Translations under genes and position numbers: made by a program
Assembly (NCBI GenBank): GCA_050950825.1
Contig: JBMNIH010000005.1
Span: forward strand, 64,001-128,000
Length of the DNA: 64,000 nucleotides
DNA from: Clostridia bacterium
Lineage (GTDB): Bacteria; Bacillota; Clostridia; JAAYHZ01
Direction of reading: 5' to 3'
Notes under the pieces: generated by a model
What the model was told of the DNA's origin: nothing
Seen by the model: the letters and a program-made list of their open reading frames with translations, nothing else
The model's database searches: none
Part shown: one piece after another, positions 54,894-64,000 of the stretch
How positions within the stretch are numbered: the stretch's first letter is position 1
Layout: each line of letters starts with the position of its first letter

Positions 54894-57083
54894 TCATTTT
54901 CTCGGTCCGTCATTCTCTCCTTTATGATTCCTACGGACTCCCGTTTGAGACATATCGATTTTTTGAAATCCCATTTCAAAAGCAGGAGAATTCTCTTTTA
55001 ATGTAAAATCATAATTCTCGGGATCCGTAAATCCCGGATCGGCAATAATGCTTCCTTTTTCAAAGCCGTACTTTTGCACCTCGGAAAGGGTGCGTAAGCC
55101 CTCCCGGTCCGTTATCATCGGCTCTTCTCCGTCTTTCGACCAAAGGATATTGTTCGACGAGAGTATCTTTGCCGCCGTAATGTGGTTTTCTCCCGATTCG
55201 GGGTCATCGCCGACGGAATATACGGGGCATCCGTCGGTATAGATGATATTGTTCACAAATTCGATAGAAACGTGTTTTTCAAATCGTGCCACTTGTATCA
55301 TACCTTTTCCCGAGAAAGCAAAGATGTTGTTTCGGACCGTGTTGCGGGTTCCGTAGTGCTGGTTGAAGCAGTTATCCGACGTGTTGTAGCAAATGTTGTT
55401 CTCAAACAAAATCCCCATACTTCCTTCATCGGCGTACAAGGCCCAGCCGCCGTAAGTACCGCTTTGGATATCGTGTATGAGGTTGTTGGAGACCGTTGTT
55501 CCCGGCTGGGGTCCTAATAGGTATATGCCTCCCATATCGCTTAAAAGCCCTTGTCCGATATTGTAAATATGATTGTAGGATATGATATTGTTTTTGTTGA
55601 CGCTCGGATAATATCCCCAAATTCGGCCGCAGGATATGCCCGAGTAGAAAAGATCGCTGATTTCATTATGGGAGATGTCGTTATCGTACGTATGCATGGC
55701 AAGAATGCCGCAAGCGGCAAGATGCCTTCTGCCGCAGCGGGTGATGGTATTATCCGTTATCGTGTTGCCGAAGGTACGGCTGTTTTTAGGCGATTGAACG
55801 TGCCCGCCGTTGATTTTGATGCCGCCCGCTCCCCCGTCATAAAATTCACAGCCCGTAATACGGATACCGGAGCATCCTTCGTTTACGGTTATACCGTACA
55901 AGCCGTAGTTTCGGAAGGTGCAATCCTCCACAAAGCAGTCCTTGGCACCGAAAAGATTCACAACCCCTTGTGCACCGGATACCCCTTGGCTGTCCGATGC
56001 GAACCCTTCCTCGCCCGGCGGGACTCCTTCCATGCTTACGTAGTCTCCCTTGGTATAGGCAAAGGTAAGCCCGTAGAATCGTATATTGCTTACATGAAGA
56101 TTGTCGTCGTAATCGCCCTTTATCTCGATCAGGGTTTCCGTAACCGGTGCGTACACCTCGATATTATCAGGGGTTTCGTCGTCGCTTCGGGGGATATAGT
56201 AAAGCATTCCTTCGGGACGGTCCAAATACCATTCCCCCGGATTTTTAAACTGTTCCGCAACGTTTTCAATATAGTAGCCGATGTCGAAGTAGATTTCATA
56301 ACGGGATCGGTATTTTAACGTAAGCTTTCCCGTTTCCTTGTCGTAGCTTTCAATGGGAGAGTGTTCGTCCACCCAATAGTGGTTAAAGCTTACGATGCAG
56401 TCGTTTAGGTTTTTAAAGTCCTTGATGTCTTCTTTTTTGGCTATAAACCACTTGGAGCCTCCCAAAAAACCGCCGTCCGACACTTCTTGCCCTATTTTAT
56501 ACAAATACCCTTCATCCGGATACCGCGTAAGAGACGCCCGCTCCTCGTTTACATAAAGGTCCGTAAAAACCCAATCTCCTTTTTTCACGTCTTCGATAAA
56601 GGCGGCGTAGCAATTCGTGCCGTTAAAAACGGCCGGAGAAAAACCGGAGATTCTCCTTCCTCCGCTGATGACCACCTTTTCGTCGTCGTAGGGCTCAACG
56701 GTAACGTCGTATACGGAATGTGCGATCGTCAACGGGGACGGCATAGCATAGGTGCCGCCGAGCATGCGGATGACAATCGGATCAAGCACCCCTTCCTCCC
56801 GCAGATCCGAAACGGCTTCAAAAGCCTTATATAGGTCGGGAAGGGGCTTATCGGGTGAGCTTCCGTCGCCGGTGCCGTCTAAAGATACATAAAGAACGAC
56901 AACCGTATCTTCCTCATTCGTTTCTTCTTCCGGGATTTCCGTTTCAAGCACGGAAGAGGTTTCCGAAAGTACAGTCGTTTCGGTTATTTCGACACGGGAA
57001 TCGTTTTGATAATTCTTCGAGCAGCCGACAAAAAACAGAAGGAAAACAAGCAGGCAGACAACCGCCCGATATTTTACCGGCAT
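54894..57083 (-). CDS. Right-handed parallel beta-helix lipoprotein (GH141-like)
   Basis: Lipobox FFVGC and a Glu/Thr linker, then a close paralogue of 46238-48238. Start at ATG 57083 after GGAGG. Confidence 0.85.
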   Translation of the reverse strand: MPVKYRAVVCLLVFLLFFVGCSKNYQNDSRVEITETTVLSETSSVLETEIPEEETNEEDTVVVLYVSLDGTGDGSSPDKPLPDLYKAFEAVSDLREEGVLDPIVIRMLGGTYAMPSPLTIAHSVYDVTVEPYDDEKVVISGGRRISGFSPAVFNGTNCYAAFIEDVKKGDWVFTDLYVNEERASLTRYPDEGYLYKIGQEVSDGGFLGGSKWFIAKKEDIKDFKNLNDCIVSFNHYWVDEHSPIESYDKETGKLTLKYRSRYEIYFDIGYYIENVAEQFKNPGEWYLDRPEGMLYYIPRSDDETPDNIEVYAPVTETLIEIKGDYDDNLHVSNIRFYGLTFAYTKGDYVSMEGVPPGEEGFASDSQGVSGAQGVVNLFGAKDCFVEDCTFRNYGLYGITVNEGCSGIRITGCEFYDGGAGGIKINGGHVQSPKNSRTFGNTITDNTITRCGRRHLAACGILAMHTYDNDISHNEISDLFYSGISCGRIWGYYPSVNKNNIISYNHIYNIGQGLLSDMGGIYLLGPQPGTTVSNNLIHDIQSGTYGGWALYADEGSMGILFENNICYNTSDNCFNQHYGTRNTVRNNIFAFSGKGMIQVARFEKHVSIEFVNNIIYTDGCPVYSVGDDPESGENHITAAKILSSNNILWSKDGEEPMITDREGLRTLSEVQKYGFEKGSIIADPGFTDPENYDFTLKENSPAFEMGFQKIDMSQTGVRRNHKGENDGPRK

Positions 57084-57099
57084 GATGCAAACCTCCCTG

Positions 57100-57140
57100 A
57101 AAAACAAGAACCAAGGGATAAACCCTCGGCTCTTCTTTTT
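57100..57140 (-). terminator. Rho-independent terminator
   Basis: Minus strand AAGAGCCGAGGG-TTTAT-CCCTTGGTTCTT-GTTTTT. Confidence 0.65.
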
Positions 57141-58436
57141 TTATATCAATTTCTTAAGATAGTCCAGTATAATATCTCCCGCTTCTTTTGCCAACGGTCC
57201 CGGGTATCCGTAATACAAATGAGCGCTTTTCACTTCGTAAACGGATCGATCGTACATCGCTCCGTAAGGCAAATAGCCGAATACGCCGCCGGTGTAGCCT
57301 AAGACCACGGTGTTTTCTTTTCCGAACAGCTCCTTGACGCGAAGACCCAACTCGTGGAAGATTTCAAAGGGCATGGCCACAAAAACCAATTCCCCTATTT
57401 TCCATGTTCGGATCAGAGGATGTACTTCGGTCATCAGCGTGTTGTTCTCGTACCCTTTAACGCCTCGATCCGCCCAAAGTACTCTGACCGCTGCCGCCTG
57501 CACATGGGCAAAAGAAGGCGAATACTTGTTTTCGATCATTTTTTTACAAGAGTCAAGGGCCTCTTCATAAATCCTTTTGTATTCCTCTTTGGAAAGGACC
57601 GAAAGAGGAAGGGTCAATTCCGAAGCGTTGCAACGAATATCCGCATCGGTACTGTTTTTGAATTTGAACATTGCATCCTTTACCGAATCGGCAAGGTTTT
57701 CACCGTTGGCTTTGGCTTTTTCGAAGGAGCCTCGTTCTTTCGGGTCGATATCTCCGCAGCATCCCGTTGTAAAGATCACGGTAACGCCGTCGCCGTATTC
57801 TTCCTCCAGCTTCCGTATCGTGAAGTAGGGATAATCCGCCGTGTAGGTGTAATTGCTGTTGCCTAAGGTAACCGGGTGGCAGCCGTAGTTTACAATCACT
57901 CCTTTTAACCGGTCGGTGTTCGATTCGAATATACGGATGACGCCGACTTGCTTATCCATGATATCTTGGTAAGGCAGCTCGTCTTTATACAAAAGCGCAA
58001 CCCGGTTCATACCGATACCGCATTCCCCTACGGAGTAATCCAAATATCCTTCAAAAAGATTTTTTTCGGCTTCTTTCGCCAATCGAATCAAATCCCCTTG
58101 GGTTTCTTCCAACCAAGCCTTGTCGGCAATGCCGCATCCGTAAAGCGTTCCGGAAGCGGGACCCGCATGGGTATGGATGGAATGGATCATAATGTTGCTT
58201 ACGGGGATATTTAAAGCTTCGCTGATTTTCAGTTCCGTTTCTCTCGAAAAACCGGGGTCGAACCCGAGTATCTGGCATACCATCAAAAGGGTCTTCACGC
58301 CTTTTGACTCCATATATACCGCGCTGATTTTCAATTGGTCGTTTATATCAAGAGCTCCAATGACTCTTCCGCCGTATCCGGTCATTTGCATACCGATGGG
58401 GGTTCGGACATCGGTTTCGGCGATTCCTATCTTCAT
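57141..58436 (-). CDS. Neutral/alkaline ceramidase N-terminal domain-like hydrolase
   Basis: TPIGMQMTGYGGR, HSIHTHAGP, NYGCHP, TADYP, GCCGDIDP and PFEIF. Confidence 0.8.
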   Translation of the reverse strand: MKIGIAETDVRTPIGMQMTGYGGRVIGALDINDQLKISAVYMESKGVKTLLMVCQILGFDPGFSRETELKISEALNIPVSNIMIHSIHTHAGPASGTLYGCGIADKAWLEETQGDLIRLAKEAEKNLFEGYLDYSVGECGIGMNRVALLYKDELPYQDIMDKQVGVIRIFESNTDRLKGVIVNYGCHPVTLGNSNYTYTADYPYFTIRKLEEEYGDGVTVIFTTGCCGDIDPKERGSFEKAKANGENLADSVKDAMFKFKNSTDADIRCNASELTLPLSVLSKEEYKRIYEEALDSCKKMIENKYSPSFAHVQAAAVRVLWADRGVKGYENNTLMTEVHPLIRTWKIGELVFVAMPFEIFHELGLRVKELFGKENTVVLGYTGGVFGYLPYGAMYDRSVYEVKSAHLYYGYPGPLAKEAGDIILDYLKKLI

Positions 58437-58505
58437 ACGTCGTATCCTCCTCAATCTTTGACATGGGTAATATTATACCACTTCCTTAAAGGGGTGAAAA
58501 TACGT

Positions 58506-59345
58506 TTATCCGCATACTTCCTTAATGACTTTTTTCATATAGGCGACGCTTTCCGGAACGCCTACGGATTCGTCTTCGCGGCCTTCGTATTCCAATGCAA
58601 TATATCCGTTGTATCCGGCTTCTTTTAAGATTTTCAAGCAGCCAACATGGTCTACGTCCCCTTGTCCCACGATACAGGGCACCGTTCCCCAACCCCAAGG
58701 CTTGCTCGGATCCGGTATCTTTTTGTTGTCCTTAAAGTGGACATAAGCGCAGTAGTCTTTCGCTACCTTTGTCCCTTCAACCCCTTCTTGGCCTCCGGCC
58801 ATATAGTTGCCCACATCGATGGTGGCTTTCACAAAATCCGATCCTACGGCTTTCAGCATTTCCACCTGCTCTTCGCCGGTACAGGGAAGTCCGCCGTGGT
58901 TTTCCAAAGCCAGCACCAAACCGATCTCCTTCGCCGTTTCCGACAGAATTCCCAAAGCCTCAATGACTCTTTTGAAGGCCTCCGATTTTGTTTTTTCATC
59001 CGTTTCCAAGCGCTTCAAGCCTCCGCCGAAGATTCGGGATACCGGGGCGCCCGTTTGTGCGGCTACCTGCATCCACGCTTTCGTATTCTTTATTTCCTCT
59101 TGAAACTTCTCCTTGTCCGGAACGTTAAAATTGGTGGACAAGGACAAGCCGGAAAGCTTAAGACCGCTGTTCTTCAACGCCGCGCTTACGCGTTTGGCTG
59201 CATCCTTGATATCTCCCAAATACCGGACATGAAAATCCAGAGCATCCACATCCAATGCCGCAACCTCGCTGCACAACCTGTCCAAATCCCACCCTTCGTC
59301 AACATAACGCCGATGGAAGCTGTAATGACAAATCGATATTTTCAT
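58506..59345 (-). CDS. Sugar phosphate isomerase/epimerase (TIM barrel)
   Basis: RIFGG, LALENHGG, DVGN, VHFKD and GYNGYIALEYEG. Confidence 0.88.
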   Translation of the reverse strand: MKISICHYSFHRRYVDEGWDLDRLCSEVAALDVDALDFHVRYLGDIKDAAKRVSAALKNSGLKLSGLSLSTNFNVPDKEKFQEEIKNTKAWMQVAAQTGAPVSRIFGGGLKRLETDEKTKSEAFKRVIEALGILSETAKEIGLVLALENHGGLPCTGEEQVEMLKAVGSDFVKATIDVGNYMAGGQEGVEGTKVAKDYCAYVHFKDNKKIPDPSKPWGWGTVPCIVGQGDVDHVGCLKILKEAGYNGYIALEYEGREDESVGVPESVAYMKKVIKEVCG

Positions 59346-59385
59346 CTTGCCTTCCTCCAAATTCATTTATATATATCCGAATATT

Positions 59386-60225
59386 CTATTCGATCCTTAT
59401 CATTTTACCGGGGTCTACGGATAGGGTTTTCCCGTTAACAAACAGCCAAATCGTTCTTCCGGTGGGGTTTTGTACAAGGGTGCCGTCTACGCTGAAATTC
59501 AAGCGATTGTAGTCCTGTACATATTCGTATATTTCCATGTTGGTTGCATACCAAATATCGTCCCGATTCCCCACTTGTTCGGCGAAGACTTCGATATCAT
59601 GCCAGCTGTCGTTGGTATCGAAGTCGTAGCTGTGACCCCAGAGGGAGAATAAATAGGGGCGGTTGTCGGCACATTCTTTTAAAAATGTCGTTGTCAATTT
59701 TCTTAAAGCAGGGGATCGATGGTAGCAGGTGGTAGGCATTCTCAACCAGTCCGTGGGAATATCAAAGGTGTTGGTGGATACGGTGGTTCGGGCATAAACA
59801 ATACCGCAGCTTTTAATGGCCTCCACCGCTTGGTCCGAGGTGTTTCCGTAAGGGTATGCCATTCCCTTAACGATGACACCAAACTGCTTTTCCAAGTTCT
59901 CGCGGTCCTTCATCACCTCGTAAACGACTCGGTCCGAAGGCAGCCGGTCCAAATAGGGGTGGGTCAGGGTATGGACCGCCACTTCGTGTCCCGAATTCAA
60001 ATAGACTTCGGTGGATTTACTCATCGTCATCCGGCGGTGAATTCTGTCGGCAGGATAAACGGTTCCTTCCGGTGCATACAAACCGCTGTTTAAATTAAAG
60101 GTTCCTTTTAGTCCGTGTCGGTTCATAATATTTAACAGACGGATGTCTTGTTCAACACCGTCGTCATAGCTCAGGGTTAACGCTTTCGCTTTTCCGTTCG
60201 GAAATCTTAAGAATACACTGGTCAT
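59386..60225 (-). CDS. Polysaccharide deacetylase family protein (CE4-like)
   Basis: LSYDDG, GTFNLNSG, HEVAVHTLTHP, MAYPYG and LWGHSYDF. Confidence 0.9.
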   Translation of the reverse strand: MTSVFLRFPNGKAKALTLSYDDGVEQDIRLLNIMNRHGLKGTFNLNSGLYAPEGTVYPADRIHRRMTMSKSTEVYLNSGHEVAVHTLTHPYLDRLPSDRVVYEVMKDRENLEKQFGVIVKGMAYPYGNTSDQAVEAIKSCGIVYARTTVSTNTFDIPTDWLRMPTTCYHRSPALRKLTTTFLKECADNRPYLFSLWGHSYDFDTNDSWHDIEVFAEQVGNRDDIWYATNMEIYEYVQDYNRLNFSVDGTLVQNPTGRTIWLFVNGKTLSVDPGKMIRIE

Positions 60226-60332
60226 AGGCTAAACTCCACTTTCTTTTCGAAATTTCTTTTTATTTAACATTATATATCAAATTCAGCCGAAGGATAACAA
60301 AACTTTCTTTTTATAACCGATATTGTCGATCC

Positions 60333-62768
60333 TCATTTTTTCATAAAATATTCGCAAGCCGGATAAAGGCTGCAGCGGACAAAGGATCCGTAAGGTCCGG
60401 TTGTTTTCTCTTGTATTCCGATTTTGCACAAAGGACAGTGATACGGGGTCCTCAGCTCCGGGTTTTCGGCAATATCCTTTTCCAACTCTTGTATAAACAC
60501 CGATTTGTTCTTGTCGTTCACAAGAAGATAGACCGTATCCTTTGCTCGGGTAAGGGCGACGTAAAAAAGCCTTCTTTCTTCCGCGTAAGGAAAAGGATCC
60601 GATCGGTCAAGGAGCAAATCCATAACCGAATCGTCGGACATACGGCTTGGAAACCCGAATTTTCCGGCTTCGTTGTTCAATACAAAAACCAAATCCCCTT
60701 GCAGTCCTTTGGACTTGTGTACCGTCATAAACTCCATGGATATATCCGGACGAAGAGAATAAAAGACAAAGGTGCGCCCTGAGGGAGTCTGTTTCACGGT
60801 CAGCCCGGAGCCTAAAAAGGGATGAATGTCGTCTCGGTACCTTCCCAAAAGCAAAACAAAAGAACCGGAAGGAATCGTTTTAAGGATTTCCCTCAGCTTT
60901 CCGGGTAAATCTTCTTTTCGATTTCCGTAGATAAAACGGAGGGCCGGATAAGAATCCTCCTTCAAACAACGAAACGTTTTCTTGATTTGATTCGGATTTT
61001 TTAAAATGAAGCGGCTGCTGACAAGAGCCAAATGGTTGTTAAACCGATACGTGGTGCGGATAAAGGATCGTTGGGCCGCTCCGAAATATTTCTCAAAGGA
61101 TACGAACAAATCGATATTGCTTCCCGCAAAACGATAGATGCTCTGCCAATCGTCCCCCACGCAGAAAAGATCCGCATTGCACCGATCCTTTAAGGCTTTG
61201 ATTAATCGGTACCTTGACGGCGATATGTCTTGGTATTCGTCTACGATGATGTATCGATACCTTCTTGCAACCGTTCCTTGCCGCACATAGAAGGCGGCTT
61301 TGTTGATCATATCGTTAAAATCGATGGCTTCGGTTAAGCGAAGCCGTTCGTCATAGGCGTAGCTTATAGGGGCTATGATATTCAAAAACATCCGGTTTCG
61401 CTTTTTTCGAAGAATATCATATTCTTTACGGATTCGGCTTAAATCCATAACCGACAAGGAATTGGCTTTCATATGGTGCATAAAAGAGGCCGCTACGGAC
61501 ACAAAGCGGTTGATGTTCTCCTTGGTATGAAGCATTTGCTTTAAATCCTCTTGGGAAAGAGGAGAAAAACGTACATGGAATTTTTTCAGCTTTTGCGTCA
61601 AGCTTTCAAAAAGTATTCCTTGGGATTGCTCGAAGGAATAGGTTTCGATCAGCGGATTACCGTTCTTTTCATTGATCCTTCTTACCTTCTTTATGTATCT
61701 TTTGTATTTTCTCGGTGCCTTTCCCGCTGCTCTTTCGTTGTTATTTTCTCCTCCGGCCGGTTTTTGGATATAAAAATGTTCTATGACGATTCCGTAATCC
61801 GGAAGGTAAATCATAGGCTTGTACGGAAATTTGCTTTTCTTTATGGGGATATACGGTCGGATTTGGTACCGTATACCGCCGGTATGTAAAAAGTCGGCAA
61901 TCAGCATCTCCTCAAAGGACTGAACTTCTTCGTTTTGAAGGGTTCGGATGCCTTGGTCGGCCAAATAGCTTTTGTATTCTTCTTCCGTATCAAAATCAAA
62001 TATGCTTTTATACTCCCTCAAATACCGTAGGAAATATTCGTTCAGAAGAGAAAGGTAATAGGGTTCTTCGGAAAGACTTAAGATTTGCTCGTGAATGAAT
62101 GCCGGAAGATCGATATCCGAAAGCAAGGGCTGCTTTCCTTCCGCCTCCGCAATCAATTCCTTTCCCAGCTTGTGAAAAGTGAAAACATCAACGGGTGCCT
62201 TGGTTTCCTTTTGTATGCGGTTTTTTAACTCCTCCGCCGATGCATTAGTAAAGGACAATACCAAAAGCCGGTCCGGCGGAATGCCTAAACGCTTTATCAA
62301 ATATTTGACTTTTCCGACGATGACGGTGGTTTTTCCGGACCCTGCACCGGCAATCACCAAATGGTTCCTGTCCTTTTTCACGATGCATTCTCTTTGGTCC
62401 GAATCCAAGGCTCGGCCTTCCACACGGTCGAAAAGGTCTTTGCAAGCATTTAGTTCCGACTCGATATACCTTCGATTGACCCTTTGCCCGGTATCCTCTA
62501 TCCGGTCGTAAGCGTCCAAGAATCGCTGAATGACCGCATAACATCGCATTCCTTTGGTCCGAAAAATCGCTTTTCTTAACGGTTCGTATGCTTTCACCGT
62601 AGAAAGCATTTTTTCTATGTCAATATATCCGTCGGAGGGATCATTCTCCATCCTTTGCACCGCTTCGTAAGCCTTTTCCAAAAGCTCCTCAACCAAAGCT
62701 TTTCTTTGTTGTCTTTTCTTTTGCCATAGAAAAAGTACGTTTTTAACGGATTTTATGAGCCTCTTCAT
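60333..62768 (-). CDS. helD: UvrD-family helicase IV-like protein with C-terminal topoisomerase-type Zn finger
   Basis: AGAGSGKT, DEYQD, VGDDWQSIYRF, TVHKSKGL, EERRLFYVALTRA and C-terminal CPLC...CSLYPAC. Confidence 0.82.
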   Translation of the reverse strand: MKRLIKSVKNVLFLWQKKRQQRKALVEELLEKAYEAVQRMENDPSDGYIDIEKMLSTVKAYEPLRKAIFRTKGMRCYAVIQRFLDAYDRIEDTGQRVNRRYIESELNACKDLFDRVEGRALDSDQRECIVKKDRNHLVIAGAGSGKTTVIVGKVKYLIKRLGIPPDRLLVLSFTNASAEELKNRIQKETKAPVDVFTFHKLGKELIAEAEGKQPLLSDIDLPAFIHEQILSLSEEPYYLSLLNEYFLRYLREYKSIFDFDTEEEYKSYLADQGIRTLQNEEVQSFEEMLIADFLHTGGIRYQIRPYIPIKKSKFPYKPMIYLPDYGIVIEHFYIQKPAGGENNNERAAGKAPRKYKRYIKKVRRINEKNGNPLIETYSFEQSQGILFESLTQKLKKFHVRFSPLSQEDLKQMLHTKENINRFVSVAASFMHHMKANSLSVMDLSRIRKEYDILRKKRNRMFLNIIAPISYAYDERLRLTEAIDFNDMINKAAFYVRQGTVARRYRYIIVDEYQDISPSRYRLIKALKDRCNADLFCVGDDWQSIYRFAGSNIDLFVSFEKYFGAAQRSFIRTTYRFNNHLALVSSRFILKNPNQIKKTFRCLKEDSYPALRFIYGNRKEDLPGKLREILKTIPSGSFVLLLGRYRDDIHPFLGSGLTVKQTPSGRTFVFYSLRPDISMEFMTVHKSKGLQGDLVFVLNNEAGKFGFPSRMSDDSVMDLLLDRSDPFPYAEERRLFYVALTRAKDTVYLLVNDKNKSVFIQELEKDIAENPELRTPYHCPLCKIGIQEKTTGPYGSFVRCSLYPACEYFMKK

Positions 62769-62891
62769 TTTTACTTTACTTTTTATCTTTTGTATTTTTA
62801 CAAGCTATGTATTTACAGTGTAGTACAAATTTCGTTTCTACTCAAGCCGTAAAAAAAACAGCTGCCGTGCAGCTGCTCTACCTCTATTGCT

Positions 62892-63710
62892 CTATTTTCC
62901 GCCGTAGGGCATATTAAAGACTCCGATGATGCTTGAGGGGTGTTCCCATTTGCTGTATCTCGGGGGAATGTCGCCGTTTTTTCTCGTCTCCATTTCAAGT
63001 ATATAGGGCGGATCTAATTTCGGCACTTGAAAGCTTTTCGGATCATTTATAAACCGTGTCAATGCGTCGTAAGCGCCTTTTTTGATCATTTCCCTCGCCC
63101 GTTCGGGATGGATATGCTCCGCCGCCAAATTCCGATTGCGGTATTGGTCCGTATCGCACTCGATACCGGTTCCCGGTGTCAATCCTCTTTTTACGGCAAC
63201 GGTTTCGATCCCCGGTACAAGGGCTTGGGCTTCTTTCGTAAAGGCAAGGTCTCCCGATCCGAAAATCGGCGTGACGCCCAATTCGGAGCAAATGAAGACG
63301 GCGGTGCCGAACTCGCCGATGGAAATGCCGTTCAACCTTTTATCGATGACATTGAACCATCCGGTATGGGATATGTGTCCGTATTCGGTACCGGCCTTCG
63401 GATGCTGTCCGATAACGGCATAACAATCAAAATTGTTTTCCAGTCCTCCGGGATACGGCACGGGACTCCAGCCCCTACGGTAATCCACCCGACGATCGAG
63501 AAGCTCTAAGGTCAGCCCGCCATAGCCGTGGCCGTCGCTTACCAGTATGTACTCCGCTCCGGCTTCGAAAAAGCCTTCTATGGCGGCATTGACTTCTCTT
63601 GTCAGAAGCTCTTTACCCCGTTCGTAATATCGCCCTTCCGGCGTGACCCACGTATCGTGGTCAATCACGCCCGCTACGCCTTCCATGTCCGTTCCTATCA
63701 TGATACGCAT
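62892..63710 (-). CDS. dppA: M55 family D-aminopeptidase
   Basis: TDMEGVAG, EVNAAIEG, DGHG, GQH...SHT, GE, SGD and VAVK. Confidence 0.88.
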   Translation of the reverse strand: MRIMIGTDMEGVAGVIDHDTWVTPEGRYYERGKELLTREVNAAIEGFFEAGAEYILVSDGHGYGGLTLELLDRRVDYRRGWSPVPYPGGLENNFDCYAVIGQHPKAGTEYGHISHTGWFNVIDKRLNGISIGEFGTAVFICSELGVTPIFGSGDLAFTKEAQALVPGIETVAVKRGLTPGTGIECDTDQYRNRNLAAEHIHPERAREMIKKGAYDALTRFINDPKSFQVPKLDPPYILEMETRKNGDIPPRYSKWEHPSSIIGVFNMPYGGK

Positions 63711-63890
63711 AGTCCCTACTCCTGATACATACGAATTTTATTTACCATCATACTACCACAAAAACACGATCGGTTACACGATAAAGTACGAGGGTTTTTG
63801 TGGTATTTTATCGGAATATCGCGAACCTGATCATTTATACAACGAGATTGTCGTGCAATCCGATAAGCACAAAAAAGAAGTGAAAGCTTC

Positions 63891-64000
63891 CTAACGTTTC
63901 GGCATTTCCTTCGTCAACGGCCGGCAATTCCCGGTTGTATCTTTCGCCCCGGAGCTGAAGGCCATGGCATATTTGCAGCCTTGCCATTTGCAGTATTCTT
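63891..64000 (-). other. 3' end of an ORF entering from the right edge; possibly a truncated DegT/DnrJ-type aminotransferase
   Basis: Reads ...EYCKWQGCKYAMAFSSGAKDTTGNCRPLTKEMPKR*; the first half resembles the 'G.KYA.A.SSGT' N-terminal motif. Confidence 0.3.

Noticed and set aside
1-64000. tRNA, rRNA, IS element, integrase, prophage or CRISPR array
   Set aside because: No recognisable signatures were found by eye; small or degenerate elements could have been missed.

Overview
This 64 kb window looks like the chromosome of a Bacillota (probably Clostridia) organism, judged from GGAGG RBSs, sigmaA-type and ECF promoters and many lipoproteins. Most genes are on the minus strand. I found no rRNA, tRNA, CRISPR array or transposase. 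From left to right: the 5' part of topB; a tightly linked PLD-SF2 helicase / DUF2075 nuclease-helicase / MazG-like trio (candidate anti-phage locus); an orphan sugar-binding lipoprotein with a structured leader; a lone NTP_transf_5-type nucleotidyltransferase; DUF1538 + P-II; and a VTC-DUF4956-CotH operon with its own two-component system. The best candidate for an undescribed system is a translationally coupled RiPP operon at 23317-27136. It encodes an ArsR regulator, a 49-aa precursor missing from the ORF track (paeninodin-like leader, two Cys), a PqqD/RRE, a radical SAM-SPASM enzyme, an HPr-kinase-like protein and an S24/S26 peptidase, with no lasso cyclase. Further right are a NitT/TauT ABC importer, a gene broken by an in-frame TAG, a decaying tandem array of three solute-binding lipoprotein paralogues and an ECF sigma/ABC exporter module. 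A glycan-processing-like region follows, in which a beta-helix enzyme and a beta-propeller protein each occur as a lipoprotein copy and a signal-less copy. The window ends with a HelD-like helicase and dppA. All calls come from motif recognition by eye; no database searches were run.
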